From IMG/VR virus record IMGVR_UViG_3300012009_000259: DNA of 64,000 nucleotides; one strand, written 5' to 3'. Shown here in pieces: positions 36,682-46,496 of the stretch (position 1 is its first letter; each line of letters begins with the position of its first letter). Position numbers and translations under genes: made by a program. The DNA is from an uncultured virus (IMG/VR IMGVR_UViG_3300012009_000259) (taxonomy: Duplodnaviria > Heunggongvirae > Uroviricota > Caudoviricetes). Under the pieces are notes generated by a model. That model saw only the letters and a list, made by a program, of their open reading frames with translations. It was not told the origin of the DNA and did no database searches.

Positions 36682-37393
36682 TCTATACTTCGAGGATTTA
36701 CAGGCCAAGCTAAAGGCCATATACAGGTCACGTGCCCTACTGCATGATCTTGGTTTTAAGGTGCCACCCCATGATGTCTACCGAGAGATAGCATCTAAGC
36801 CGACCTTTTTCTTCGACACTGAAACGACAGGGGTCAGGGATGATGACGAGGTTGTGGAGATCGCCATTATCGACGTGCATGGCAATGTTAAAATAGATAC
36901 TTTAGTTAGGCCCTGGAAACACATACCAGACGAGGCGACTGGTGTGCATGGCATTGGCGATGCTGATGTGGCAGATTCCCCGCGATGGTACGAGGTGCGC
37001 AGCAAGATTGCCCCCTTCCTGTCCCAAGGGGCAAACCTCGTTGGGTATAACGTGGACTTCGACACTAGAATGATGCTTAACAGCAGAAGAATACACAACA
37101 CCAAAGTAAAGGCAAAAGAGACCGAGGCCCCTCTAATTGTACCAAAGGGTTCCTGTGTACCACGGTGTGCTATGATGATCTACACTAATTATCGTGGCAG
37201 CAGAAAAGCCACTAGGAGCGGAAAGTACAAGTGGTACAGGCTAGAAGATGCTGCCCGAAATATGGGAATCCCTGTTCGGGGAACCCATAGAGCCTTAGCG
37301 GACACAAAGATGACACTAGAACTCCTCAGGCGAGTTGCAAAGACTGACGATAGCAACCTTCTTGCTAAATGGAGACGACTCAAGAAGAGGTAA
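36674..37393 (+). CDS. DEDDh 3'-5' exonuclease (DnaQ-like)
   Basis: FFDTETTG, GYNVDFD, HRALAD. Confidence 0.92.
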   Translation: MSNLYFEDLQAKLKAIYRSRALLHDLGFKVPPHDVYREIASKPTFFFDTETTGVRDDDEVVEIAIIDVHGNVKIDTLVRPWKHIPDEATGVHGIGDADVADSPRWYEVRSKIAPFLSQGANLVGYNVDFDTRMMLNSRRIHNTKVKAKETEAPLIVPKGSCVPRCAMMIYTNYRGSRKATRSGKYKWYRLEDAARNMGIPVRGTHRALADTKMTLELLRRVAKTDDSNLLAKWRRLKKR

Positions 37394-37937
37394 TAGCCCC
37401 TATTGCATCCCTGTCGCCTTGTTCGATGGCAACAAGAAACAGCATTACCATCCGCGAAAAAACGCTACCCCAATTATCATCTGTGTTTACAACAAATAGC
37501 GGGTAGTCGCTCATCACCCGCATGGTACTACACTCTTCGGCAGGCATAACCTCAAACAAGGTCGGCTTGTCGTTGTAGAACACAGCCATCTTCTCTGGGT
37601 AAAGATAAGTCCAAATGTTCTCTGATTTTCCCACAAACACCACTTCGAGGCAAGCATTATTTCTTCTTATGTAGATTCTTGCCCCAGAAGTGAGAAGTAA
37701 GGACAGGCATAAATCCCTGTACCTCACATCCCCCTTCCTGACTCTGATCTTGTCAAGCAAGGTCTGTAGGGTCAGTCGAATAGAAGATGCTGTCCTAATT
37801 CTCGTCTTGCTATCTTTAACGAATACTACCCCCTTCATATCTTCTGCAATGTGAAGTAGAGGGTAGTCTTCGCCGTAAATCTTATAAGTCTGCAAACCAT
37901 CCTCTGTGACAACCTTAACAAGCATACGCCCTCTCAC
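37380..37937 (-). CDS. hypothetical protein
   Basis: 185 aa, coupled to thyX. Confidence 0.6.
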   Translation of the reverse strand: MRGRMLVKVVTEDGLQTYKIYGEDYPLLHIAEDMKGVVFVKDSKTRIRTASSIRLTLQTLLDKIRVRKGDVRYRDLCLSLLLTSGARIYIRRNNACLEVVFVGKSENIWTYLYPEKMAVFYNDKPTLFEVMPAEECSTMRVMSDYPLFVVNTDDNWGSVFSRMVMLFLVAIEQGDRDAIGAITSS

Positions 37938-39463
37938 GACCTATCTGTAAATTGTTCTTTATCATCAACACGTACTTCAGGAATGGAGCCGAGTAAAGGC
38001 CCCCAGGCGGGGTGATTTTCGGCAGCCACCTTAACAATGTCATGCACCAAAGTCCGATACGCGATATGCCCTCCTGGTCGGGTTCTAAGACTAGCGATGT
38101 ATTGGAAGTCGTCTAAAGACAACCCCATGCGCATGTGTGTGGTGTGCGCATAGGGGAGAAGGATCTTTGCGTATTGGAGGTTGCCAGCGCACTGTACTTT
38201 TCCCATCCACTCCTGAACTCTCTTTTGGTGCTCGACTACGCGCTGCGCGTACATCCTCTTCAATGCTTTAACGTGCTTATCACCAATGTCCAGATAGGGG
38301 CATAGTGAGTATTCGCTGGAGATCACTTCTTTTTCCATATTGATGTGGGGGGTTAAAAAGGGCGTCCATCGCTCTGCTGATCGGTGTCTACCTAAGTCCT
38401 TAACGACTCCCATGTCGGCCATGATTTCGACATTTATTGCTCCAGATTGCCCCACGTTACCGATCTGGTTATAGTGGTCATGGCTTTCAAATAGAGTTTT
38501 AGCCACCAGTTGCACCGCCATAGGTTCGATGCTCTCTATTGTGCTGCGAGGGTAAGGCAGCCTTGCAAGAGAATCAATCAGCGTGTCGAATGGGTGTGAT
38601 GTAGAAACCCTCGGCTCCCCAGTATCGCGGTAGCGCCGCTTAACCGCATTCTCTACCAAGAACGCTGCTTCGGCAATAGCATTTTTTCGTGGCTCTGTAT
38701 ACCTAATCAAATCCCCTGCTTCCCTTCGGTATCCGGTAGACTCATCTCCTTCCCCCAGGAGGCCAAATAGGAGATCACCAATCTCTCGATCTATGATGTC
38801 GGGGCTACCACGCAGCTCGGATATAAGCCATGCCCAATGGCGAGCATTCATCACAAGCCCCAGACTTGTGTTGTGGCCAAGAGGAAGCATATATCTGGCC
38901 GTGTCGAAAGAGCGCCTTTTTACTTGTGGGTGATCCTGGGGCAAATCGAAGTAGCAGCCTAGGATTGCCTGAGTAAGTATAAGCAGTTCCCGATAGTTCT
39001 GGTATGCCCATGCCATGATCTCGTCATACAGCTGCTGCAACTCTTTCTCTCTCGTCTCCCCCAAGTCGGGTAAGGGGAAATAGTCAGGCTTGGAGAAGTC
39101 TTGGAAGCGAGTGCTTCTCTCTTGCCCCCCTACAACGTATAACAGTTGGAATAGTCGCATAGAGTATGCGACTGGGATGTCGTGAATAAATACTGACAGG
39201 TTTGCCATATCTGCTACGGATGTGTGCCCATAACCGTGAAAAATCTTATTCAGTCGCTCAAGGGGGTCAACCTCATCCCCCATCACACCCTCCAGAATAT
39301 CCTCCATTACGTTATCTGATCGTGACAGTCTGGCAAACGCATACGCAGTTATACCAGGCATTCTTCTGTGTTTGTCTTGCACAAGAGTGCTAACATAACA
39401 GGGGAAAGGGCTATCGTCTTTTTCGTATTTCGCTAGCCCTATCTTCTTATTATAGGTAAGCAT
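37934..39463 (-). CDS. thyX: FAD-dependent thymidylate synthase, long two-domain form
   Basis: YGHTSVAD, ERSTRFQDF, DTARYMLP, DLGRHR, LRTRPGGHIAYR. Confidence 0.88.
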   Translation of the reverse strand: MLTYNKKIGLAKYEKDDSPFPCYVSTLVQDKHRRMPGITAYAFARLSRSDNVMEDILEGVMGDEVDPLERLNKIFHGYGHTSVADMANLSVFIHDIPVAYSMRLFQLLYVVGGQERSTRFQDFSKPDYFPLPDLGETREKELQQLYDEIMAWAYQNYRELLILTQAILGCYFDLPQDHPQVKRRSFDTARYMLPLGHNTSLGLVMNARHWAWLISELRGSPDIIDREIGDLLFGLLGEGDESTGYRREAGDLIRYTEPRKNAIAEAAFLVENAVKRRYRDTGEPRVSTSHPFDTLIDSLARLPYPRSTIESIEPMAVQLVAKTLFESHDHYNQIGNVGQSGAINVEIMADMGVVKDLGRHRSAERWTPFLTPHINMEKEVISSEYSLCPYLDIGDKHVKALKRMYAQRVVEHQKRVQEWMGKVQCAGNLQYAKILLPYAHTTHMRMGLSLDDFQYIASLRTRPGGHIAYRTLVHDIVKVAAENHPAWGPLLGSIPEVRVDDKEQFTDRS

Positions 39464-39542
39464 GTTTCTCCTTGTTGTCTTGTATGATGGTTAGGGGGAG
39501 ACACAACACGGCAAGGGTTGTGTCATGCCTCCCCTGTGAGAT

Positions 39543-39571
39543 ATTGTACATTACCGTTTTGTTGGGGGTGT
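39543..39571 (-). promoter_or_regulatory. element-type promoter ACACCC-N17-TACAAT for thyX
   Basis: Motif on the minus strand; a hairpin at ~39493-39535 lies in the leader. Confidence 0.65.
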
Positions 39572-39638
39572 CATGCAACCTCATCGCTTATTTAGGAGGT
39601 TGTGTATAATATGACACAAGACAATAAGGAGGGGGAGC

Positions 39639-40220
39639 GTGGGAGTCAAAAAGTATGTGCAAGAGGTGGGGTTAGTATTCAGGATTGCGCCAGGCGACCA
39701 TACACTTTATAACTTCTTTTACTTCAGCTGGGGGGCCTATGCCGTCGATCTAGACAACCTTCCTGGCCCTTATTATGGCACTCCAATGGGCAAAAAATGC
39801 CCACGGGTGGGGCGCTTTGAGCCCACAACGAAGCAGCTACTGCAAAGCGTTGTAAGTGTCTCTCCCCCCAGGCCGAGTATGGATATAGGTGATATTAAGA
39901 TCGCAATACAGGAGGGAGCAATTGGGTACTGTGAGCAGAGGGGCGATGATTGTACGAAGAGAGGCTTGTTCCAGACCCCCACTGTTACCTTGAAGGCTAT
40001 ATCTTCGACAAACGGATGCTGGTATGAACCCCCCTCTGGAGGGAGACACATAATGTATGTTGGCTTTATTCAAGGAGGGGTTATCTCCTTTCCCATAATT
40101 GGGGACGATGACGACTCATTAGCATATTCTATTAGTCATGTTGTAGGAGGACGTGCCTATGGGGTAGAATTGCTGAGAAAGAACCTCGCCAGGAGTGGGG
40201 CTCCGATTCCGGTGTCGTGA
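39639..40220 (+). CDS. hypothetical protein
   Basis: 193 aa; TATAAT and AAGGAGG upstream. Confidence 0.65.
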   Translation: MGVKKYVQEVGLVFRIAPGDHTLYNFFYFSWGAYAVDLDNLPGPYYGTPMGKKCPRVGRFEPTTKQLLQSVVSVSPPRPSMDIGDIKIAIQEGAIGYCEQRGDDCTKRGLFQTPTVTLKAISSTNGCWYEPPSGGRHIMYVGFIQGGVISFPIIGDDDDSLAYSISHVVGGRAYGVELLRKNLARSGAPIPVS

Positions 40221-40253
40221 TATAGGATAAGGGGGAATCCCCCCCAGGACAAG

Positions 40254-40282
40254 AAGGGCTACCGCTTTGGGTGGTAGCCCTT
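40254..40282. terminator. bidirectional terminator between convergent genes
   Basis: AAGGGCTACCGC-TTTGG-GTGGTAGCCCTT. Confidence 0.7.
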
Positions 40283-40303
40283 TATTTGCAGGAAGGTGAC
40301 GAG

Positions 40304-41197
40304 TTATGTTCTTCGCTGAAGCCTATCCCCGCTTACTCTGATTTGACTGATGATAAAACTATCATCTTTGGGCTTCATCAAAAAGGCATACCCGCAGTAA
40401 TGAACCCCCACAGGCATAGACCTTCCTCTATCAATCTGATGCAATGTATCAACCGTCACAGGGCGATGACAATGTGGACATAGAAGTGTTGATCGAGGAA
40501 TCTCACACCTATCACTCTGCGGACACCTGTTGCATTCTGCTCCTTCGAGAGGTGGGGCAGGGGTATGAGGGGCAAGTCTAGCATATTCCTTAATTATTCT
40601 TGTGGCGGCTTTTACTCTATCCTGGGCTACATGTAGACTCACCTCTAGTATTTCAGCGGAGGCTCCACTGTCACCATACCTCATAACCACCAAGAATACT
40701 GGTTTTTTGACTAACATTGCGTATATGCTAGCTTGTAGTATTTCGTAAGCCTTTATCGACTGGTTATTGTTAGGGGTGCGATTTTTCAACTCGATTACTG
40801 CATCTGAGGTAATTCCGTCTACACGACCCCTAACCCCTATAGATGGCACAGACGGAAAGGAGTTCGATACAAACTCTTCTAACTTCATCCTTACGCCATG
40901 CTTCTCGGCCACTTTAGCAACTCTGGGCATAAGGCTGTTATGCGCACGAATACCAAAGGACATGCTCTTGTTGGGGGAAAAAGGGAACTTCGAGCCTACA
41001 CCCAAAGAACAGACCTTCGTAGATAATTTGCTTGAACTTGCTGTTATCCAGGCTATAGACGAAACTGAAAGGTGCTCCCCCCAGAACCTCCCTACCCGAT
41101 GCTTTTTTCCGCTTTTTCCTAGGGGCTTCAGACATGCCTTCCAATTCCACCCCTCAATTGCTTCCTCAAAAATGGTGGACAACTCTTTAGAGTCCAT
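40304..41197 (-). CDS. Cas4/RecB-like PD-(D/E)xK nuclease with a Cys cluster and an extra zinc ribbon
   Basis: FGIRAH, GRVDG..VIELK, QASIY, CNRCPQSDRC, CPHC..HYCG. Confidence 0.8.
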   Translation of the reverse strand: MDSKELSTIFEEAIEGWNWKACLKPLGKSGKKHRVGRFWGEHLSVSSIAWITASSSKLSTKVCSLGVGSKFPFSPNKSMSFGIRAHNSLMPRVAKVAEKHGVRMKLEEFVSNSFPSVPSIGVRGRVDGITSDAVIELKNRTPNNNQSIKAYEILQASIYAMLVKKPVFLVVMRYGDSGASAEILEVSLHVAQDRVKAATRIIKEYARLAPHTPAPPLEGAECNRCPQSDRCEIPRSTLLCPHCHRPVTVDTLHQIDRGRSMPVGVHYCGYAFLMKPKDDSFIISQIRVSGDRLQRRT

Positions 41198-41255
41198 TAC
41201 AACTCCTTCTCTTTAGTGGATATGCCCTATTATGCGTATACATCACCTGTGCTTT

Positions 41256-41350
41256 TTAGTGGGGGGGATGGGGGGGTATTTTGGAAAGTATTTTAGTTGG
41301 GAGTAAAAACTTTTTTACTTTCTGGAAATGCCCCCCATCCCCCCCACTAA
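41256..41350. repeat. dispersed G-rich palindrome, copy 3
   Basis: TTAGTGGGGGGGATGGGGGGGTATTTTGGAAAGT...ACTTTCTGGAAATGCCCCCCATCCCCCCCACTAA. Confidence 0.95.
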
Positions 41351-41388
41351 CTACTATCGCTCTATAATGTTGTCTACCTTCTTTTGCT

Positions 41389-41961
41389 CTATTGCCTACC
41401 TTTGACAGGCTTGTTTTTGGCATATAGAACATCTCCCCATGCCTCTATCTCAGCACCACCAACTTCCATAATTCCACCCCGCTGTCTTTCAAGTTGCTGT
41501 GTCATTTCGAATGGAGTACCGTTAAATTCAATCTCAAAACGCTGAAAGACCAACATAGCCCTAAGCCTGACTTCCTTGTGTGTAGAAGCGAGAACAAGCA
41601 TATCCCCCTCGTCGAACACCACGCCAACATTCCTACCGGCGTTTCCGAGAAGAATCTCACGGTTAGCATAACGGCATTTAATTGTGCGGCTCTTTGATGT
41701 GATTGTGAAATACCACATTGTAGGATATAGTTCGATTATGTGCTGCCCCACTTTGAAGGGTTGCCCCCCTAAGTCCTTGATTCCTATACCCCAGGGGTTT
41801 TCTGGCACCTTCTTGGTGATAATAGATGACAGAATAAGGGATATTCCAGGACGTGCTTCCACGACCTCTGGGGGCTTGAGTCCGTGTGCCATTATCATCT
41901 CTTGTCCTTTTAGGAGTATATAGCCCCTGCGTTCGCTTTTGTGTTGAAATACTATGTTCAT
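41389..41961 (-). CDS. hypothetical protein, paralog of 47586..48167
   Basis: Shared MNIVFQH..RRGYILLKGQEMI and QQLERQRGG.MEVGGA.IEAW.DVLYA. Confidence 0.85.
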   Translation of the reverse strand: MNIVFQHKSERRGYILLKGQEMIMAHGLKPPEVVEARPGISLILSSIITKKVPENPWGIGIKDLGGQPFKVGQHIIELYPTMWYFTITSKSRTIKCRYANREILLGNAGRNVGVVFDEGDMLVLASTHKEVRLRAMLVFQRFEIEFNGTPFEMTQQLERQRGGIMEVGGAEIEAWGDVLYAKNKPVKGRQ

Positions 41962-42035
41962 CTTTTACCTCCTTGGATAATAAGACCGATGTGTCTACGA
42001 CGTATTATACTGTCGTATAAAAGACCTGGCATGAC

Positions 42036-42130
42036 TTAGTGGGGGGGATGGGGGGGTATTTCAGAAAGTAAAAAAGTTTTTAGTCTGGACGAAAATACTT
42101 TCCAGAATACCCCCCCATCCCCCCAACTGA
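42036..42130. repeat. dispersed G-rich palindrome, copy 4 (inverted relative to copy 3)
   Basis: Reverse complement of its centre (ATTTTCGTCCAGACTAAAAACTTTTTT) matches the copy 3 centre (ATTTTAGTTGGGAGTAAAAACTTTTTT). Confidence 0.95.
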
Positions 42131-42403
42131 TATATAGCCTATTACTATCATTTGTGGGGAAACCTCCCTTGCGGGGATGAAGAAAAGAGGGGGCGGTTAT
42201 GGTAACCAGTTTCTATGCTTGTCCGGCCATCCAGCCTCGGCAATGGCCTCATTAACACCCTCGCCCAATCCGTGCTCACTAGTTTCTTCAGCAAGAGGTT
42301 GCTTCTCTGCACAGTAAGGATATGCGAGTAAACCCCCGCATATACTGGGGTATGGGTATGGTATCATATATATAGACGTGTATGTTAGAAATAGGAGGCA
42401 GAA

Positions 42404-42736
42404 ATGAACGATAAAGAGAAGGGCCTGTGGAGAGCGTTGGAGTCATTCCTTTCTGGCGGGGATTTTGCACAAAGTGTAGCAAGCAGTGTCAGAGCAGGAT
42501 GGGGGGGAGGGGCGTATTTTGTCGAATTATTCCCCGATGGGCATTACCGTGTCTTGTGGCAGATTGGGAACAAGTACGTAAGCCCAGGCGTTATTCTGTC
42601 GATACCCACACTTGCCTCTGAATCTGCTGAGGTACACGAAGATTTTTCACTTGAAGAAGTCGTTAACTTTTATTCGGGTGACATAAAGAAGGAGATGAGG
42701 CAGAAACTATCTTACGCCCTGGACAGGGTTTACTAG
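42404..42736 (+). CDS. hypothetical protein
   Basis: 110 aa; AGGAGG RBS. Confidence 0.65.
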   Translation: MNDKEKGLWRALESFLSGGDFAQSVASSVRAGWGGGAYFVELFPDGHYRVLWQIGNKYVSPGVILSIPTLASESAEVHEDFSLEEVVNFYSGDIKKEMRQKLSYALDRVY

Positions 42737-42846
42737 GGGTCTTGGTACAACCTGCGCAAGGCGTTGCCACAGATGATGTAACATGCCTCCGCCTGTCAAG
42801 TATAATACGTCGTGCAAGATTGAATTCAGCAAGAAGGGGGACTGAC

Positions 42847-43230
42847 ATGAGTATTACAAGGTTTAAGGCGATATTTGCTCTTTCAGAAGGGGAAAGGGAA
42901 GAGTATTTCTCCAAATTAGGCCACTTACACAAAGAACGTCAAAAGGCAGGTAGGGATGGGGTCGTAATGAGCCCAAGAATGGCCTATGAAATCTTCACTC
43001 TGCTAATACTAAAGGTTGGCTGCTTTGATGACTTCCTTATGTTCTACAATAGTCAAGCTGTTGGCTCACGAGAGACGAAGATTATCATGGGCAGCGGGGT
43101 AAAGTTTATTAGGGAAGAGGAAGGGTGGAGGGTAATGTGCTACCCTGAAGAGGAAAAACAAATGGGAGAAAGGATTAGAAGCGTAAACCCTATTCTCGCC
43201 AAGATGTTTCAAGCAGCCAAGCAGAGATAA
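42847..43230 (+). CDS. hypothetical protein
   Basis: ATG after AAGGGGG; TATAAT at 42801. Confidence 0.6.
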   Translation: MSITRFKAIFALSEGEREEYFSKLGHLHKERQKAGRDGVVMSPRMAYEIFTLLILKVGCFDDFLMFYNSQAVGSRETKIIMGSGVKFIREEEGWRVMCYPEEEKQMGERIRSVNPILAKMFQAAKQR

Positions 43231-43352
43231 AGAGCAGGGTTCTGTGAGTGATTACGAGGATCAGTACAGAGAGCGCAATAAGATGTTTGTGATTAAGTTC
43301 AAGGGAGGGGAAGGGGGCTTTCCCCTCCTAATCTTGTAACGAGAATATCTTC

Positions 43353-44438
43353 CTATCGTCGATTAGGGGTTCTCACTCGACTAAGGTCTATGTCAGGCTT
43401 AATCTCCCTAATCTCTGAAAAGAAAATGCCGATAATATCCTGGGGCATCGTAAGCCCCAGTGGGGTATTCATAATGTAGAGAAGACCCCCCTCCCATTTA
43501 AGGTAAGATAGGATTGTTTGCTTGCCCAGGCAAGACGGCAGTGTAATATCTACCCTGTGCCTCAGGGGGTGTTCAATCATGGGAAGTACTTCTTCCCATC
43601 TCCCACGCCTTGTCCCCATAACCCTAGGCACTTTTGTCTTACCAGTAATCCATCCTCCTGGAGCACCGCAATGGAAGTCTATATTGTCGATGATCTGCTC
43701 AGTGCCCATCCCCCACGCATCTAATAAAGCACAAGGGGAGCGTACACGCGAAGCGTTTAATTCTCCCCCCGCAGATATTATAATAATCGTTGCGCCCCTC
43801 TTTTGGCATATCTTTTCTACCGCTGCATACATCTCTTCGCCATGATATACCTTCTCTACCCTGTCTCCGCTTGTGTAATAAGATATTCTCATAACAGGGT
43901 TATGGGTCATGTGTCTTATCTTTTGGGGGAGATTCTTTTCCTTGACACCATTTACAAAGTCCTTTTCTGGGTGATTAGGGTCGGAGAAATGAGCAACCCA
44001 TGACGCAATAATGCCTTGATACTTCATCAAGTAAGTACCCAAAATCTTTCTGTAGGCCACCTCTATCTGTGACGCGCTCTGCCCATATCGTCCGAGACCA
44101 GACTGATGGCAACGCTTACAGAAGTACCGCCGCCTCCAACGCTGCCTATCCCCCCACAATACTTCGCTTATAAAAATATCATGGCCCTCTTTACCACAAA
44201 TAGCCTCTGGAGAATCCTGCGGAACATACCGCCAGAATTTGTCAGTGTTGGAGGCCACATGACTGACACCCTGAACAGGAGGGAGATAGGCGTTTACATA
44301 GCCCCTTTCTTTTTGCTCCCTGCAAGTCTTTTCGTGCTTTTCTAGGGCTCTTTTAGCAAGATAGTCGTTTCTTACTTTGATATGCTTCCCACATATACTG
44401 CACTGATACATATTCCCCTCCCCAATCTTGACGCGCAT
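43353..44438 (-). CDS. hypothetical protein with N-terminal zinc fingers
   Basis: YQCSICG..LEKHEKTC; C..GH..CKRC. Confidence 0.65.
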   Translation of the reverse strand: MRVKIGEGNMYQCSICGKHIKVRNDYLAKRALEKHEKTCREQKERGYVNAYLPPVQGVSHVASNTDKFWRYVPQDSPEAICGKEGHDIFISEVLWGDRQRWRRRYFCKRCHQSGLGRYGQSASQIEVAYRKILGTYLMKYQGIIASWVAHFSDPNHPEKDFVNGVKEKNLPQKIRHMTHNPVMRISYYTSGDRVEKVYHGEEMYAAVEKICQKRGATIIIISAGGELNASRVRSPCALLDAWGMGTEQIIDNIDFHCGAPGGWITGKTKVPRVMGTRRGRWEEVLPMIEHPLRHRVDITLPSCLGKQTILSYLKWEGGLLYIMNTPLGLTMPQDIIGIFFSEIREIKPDIDLSRVRTPNRR

Positions 44439-44450
44439 GATTATCTCTTA

Positions 44451-44945
44451 CTACGGCATGTGCTCTTCAAACAGTCTATCAAGCAAGAGTGAAAACCGCC
44501 GCTTAATACTAGATTTTACTTTATCTACTTCTTCTATAGCAAATGCCCAGTTATGGCCGTCTTGTTTGTTCCAAGAACCTGACAATCCGTAGTGCAGGGT
44601 TTGCGTAAGGAATCTGTCTGTGGGGATATTCACCTGTAAGGAGAGCCCGTAGTCCTTCCCCCTAATGATCTCACCTTGAGGGGATACCACACTAAGCAGG
44701 CGAGGCACATATAGCCACCTAGTTGCGCCGATTGTCCAGGCTTGCACCCCCTTAAATGTAGCCTCCTTCCAAGTGCTGTTGTAGACTGTTCCTCGGCTAT
44801 AATCACTTACGAAGCCCCTGGGGAGTGGAATATGCCATTTGTTTTTTTTGTCTCCAAAGGGGGCTTTTTCCTCTGGGGGTTTTTCCCATTGGAAGCACAT
44901 CCAATCCTCAAACAAGCCACTCCAGTCGTACTTCCTATCTCCCAT
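44451..44945 (-). CDS. hypothetical protein
   Basis: 164 aa; AAGGGGG RBS. Confidence 0.6.
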   Translation of the reverse strand: MGDRKYDWSGLFEDWMCFQWEKPPEEKAPFGDKKNKWHIPLPRGFVSDYSRGTVYNSTWKEATFKGVQAWTIGATRWLYVPRLLSVVSPQGEIIRGKDYGLSLQVNIPTDRFLTQTLHYGLSGSWNKQDGHNWAFAIEEVDKVKSSIKRRFSLLLDRLFEEHMP

Positions 44946-45008
44946 ACTGCCCCCCTTTATTTGGTAAGTATCTACTATAGTATACGCGAACTATCAGCGA
45001 CCTATTCG

Positions 45009-45037
45009 GCACCTATAAATCTGCCTCCATGTATAAT
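45009..45037 (+). promoter_or_regulatory. element-type promoter GCACCT-N17-TATAAT
   Basis: Exact motif upstream of 45093. Confidence 0.7.
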
Positions 45038-45092
45038 ATCACGATTGCCCTATCTGGTTTTTGACACATGCAACCCCCAAAGGGAGTTTACA

Positions 45093-45584
45093 ATGGGTGT
45101 TATGATAACTATAGTCTTTTTGTTGAGCATGGTTCTGTATCTTCGCAGGGCCTTTTTCTTGCTATGCTGCATAGTGCAGAACATGGTATATTACATCCAA
45201 GAGCGTAAGAGCAGATACAGTACAGGTATAATTGTTTCAGGTGTATTTTTGATGATAATTAGCATACTCTTTGTACCTGCCTGGGTCTCTTTATTCAGGA
45301 AGTGTGGGGAAGAGATTCTTTGCTACAAGTATGATGATATTGCCCAAGTGCGGCAAGTCTTGGATACAGAACCAACTAGGATATTGACTGATGACTACGC
45401 CATATACACGATCAAGGAAGAGTGGGGTATCAACCCAGAGAAATACGACACCATCCGCATTGATAGTATAGTATGTGGTGGGGAGGGGTTCTACAGCAAG
45501 CAACTGATATACCTAGTGTATTCGTTTTTGGGTGACATTAAAAGGGGAGAACGTGTTGAAGGAATCTTCTTAATAGGAGGGTAA
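45093..45584 (+). CDS. membrane protein
   Basis: ATG after GGGAG; two TM segments. Confidence 0.6.
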   Translation: MGVMITIVFLLSMVLYLRRAFFLLCCIVQNMVYYIQERKSRYSTGIIVSGVFLMIISILFVPAWVSLFRKCGEEILCYKYDDIAQVRQVLDTEPTRILTDDYAIYTIKEEWGINPEKYDTIRIDSIVCGGEGFYSKQLIYLVYSFLGDIKRGERVEGIFLIGG

Positions 45585-45805
45585 AATGCTGTTGCAAAGA
45601 AAGACGGAGGCCTACCCATTCTTCTGTGTTGCATTATACGTAGAGGCAGCGAAGCAAGCGGCAAAAATGCGCGTATAATAAAAGAGGAAAACAGGCGGCA
45701 AAAACGGTAAATAGAACAAGAGGTGCGTTAATCATGGGGAAACGCAGCAGACGTAAAGAGGCAATTCGGAAAGTTGTTGCAACTTGTTTATGTTATTCTG
45801 AACGG

Positions 45806-46186
45806 TTACTCAATCTTGGTGAATGAGTATCCCTTCATTACGTGTAATGCCCTTGGCCCCAGATGCACTATATCGCCCCCATCGTCCATGCGAATAGAAA
45901 TAGATACGTCCACATATTCGTAGCAACCTCTAGAGTACTCTATGCTTGTAACTACCCCAGATTGCTTCCCCCTTCGATTCTTAGGGGTTCTCATAAAGGC
46001 GACATAGAACTCTACATGGTCGCCAACTCCTACCCCTGCAAAAATGGGGTTCTTGTTTGCTCTATCTACTTGGGCATCGCGCTTCTTGACCCTCTCCACA
46101 ACCTTGTCTCTTGGCTCATTCACAAGCCAAAATGGGGATAGCTCTTCGTCAGTGTACTTCTTCTGTTTTTTGCTCTGTGAAGTCAT
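45806..46186 (-). CDS. hypothetical protein (SH3/Tudor-like beta barrel possible)
   Basis: VGVGDHVEF..GVVTSIE pattern. Confidence 0.55.
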   Translation of the reverse strand: MTSQSKKQKKYTDEELSPFWLVNEPRDKVVERVKKRDAQVDRANKNPIFAGVGVGDHVEFYVAFMRTPKNRRGKQSGVVTSIEYSRGCYEYVDVSISIRMDDGGDIVHLGPRALHVMKGYSFTKIE

Positions 46187-46255
46187 ATATTCTCCCGCTT
46201 CCGATATTGGTAAATCTGTCCTGTTCTACGCAGTTAGAGCATTGGCGAATAGAAG

Positions 46256-46340
46256 TTAGTTGGGGGATATTCTGGAAAAGTCGTTTAGGTCAGGCTTTAA
46301 ACTTTTCGACTTTCCACAAATACCCCCAATACCCCCAACT
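46256..46340. repeat. dispersed G-rich palindrome, copy 5 (left arm shortened)
   Basis: TTAGTTGGGGGATATTCTGGAAAAGT...ACTTTCCACAAATACCCCCAATACCCCCAACT. Confidence 0.9.
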
Positions 46341-46496
46341 CAAACGTCTATATGTTTTTCACCCCATCTTGTTCTCGCACTCACCAATCGCTACTGTTGG
46401 CCTGACAGCACTTCGCCCCACTACCTGCTAATATCACACACCTATTCGGTATGTGTCAGCCTCCTTCGGTCAAAGCCGAAGGTAGTTAATAGCGCG

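Noticed and set aside
35910..36731. Long antisense ORFs (e.g. 35910..36731, 12827..13426, 59227..59667, 28705..29205)
   Set aside because: They are shadows of better-supported genes on the opposite strand.
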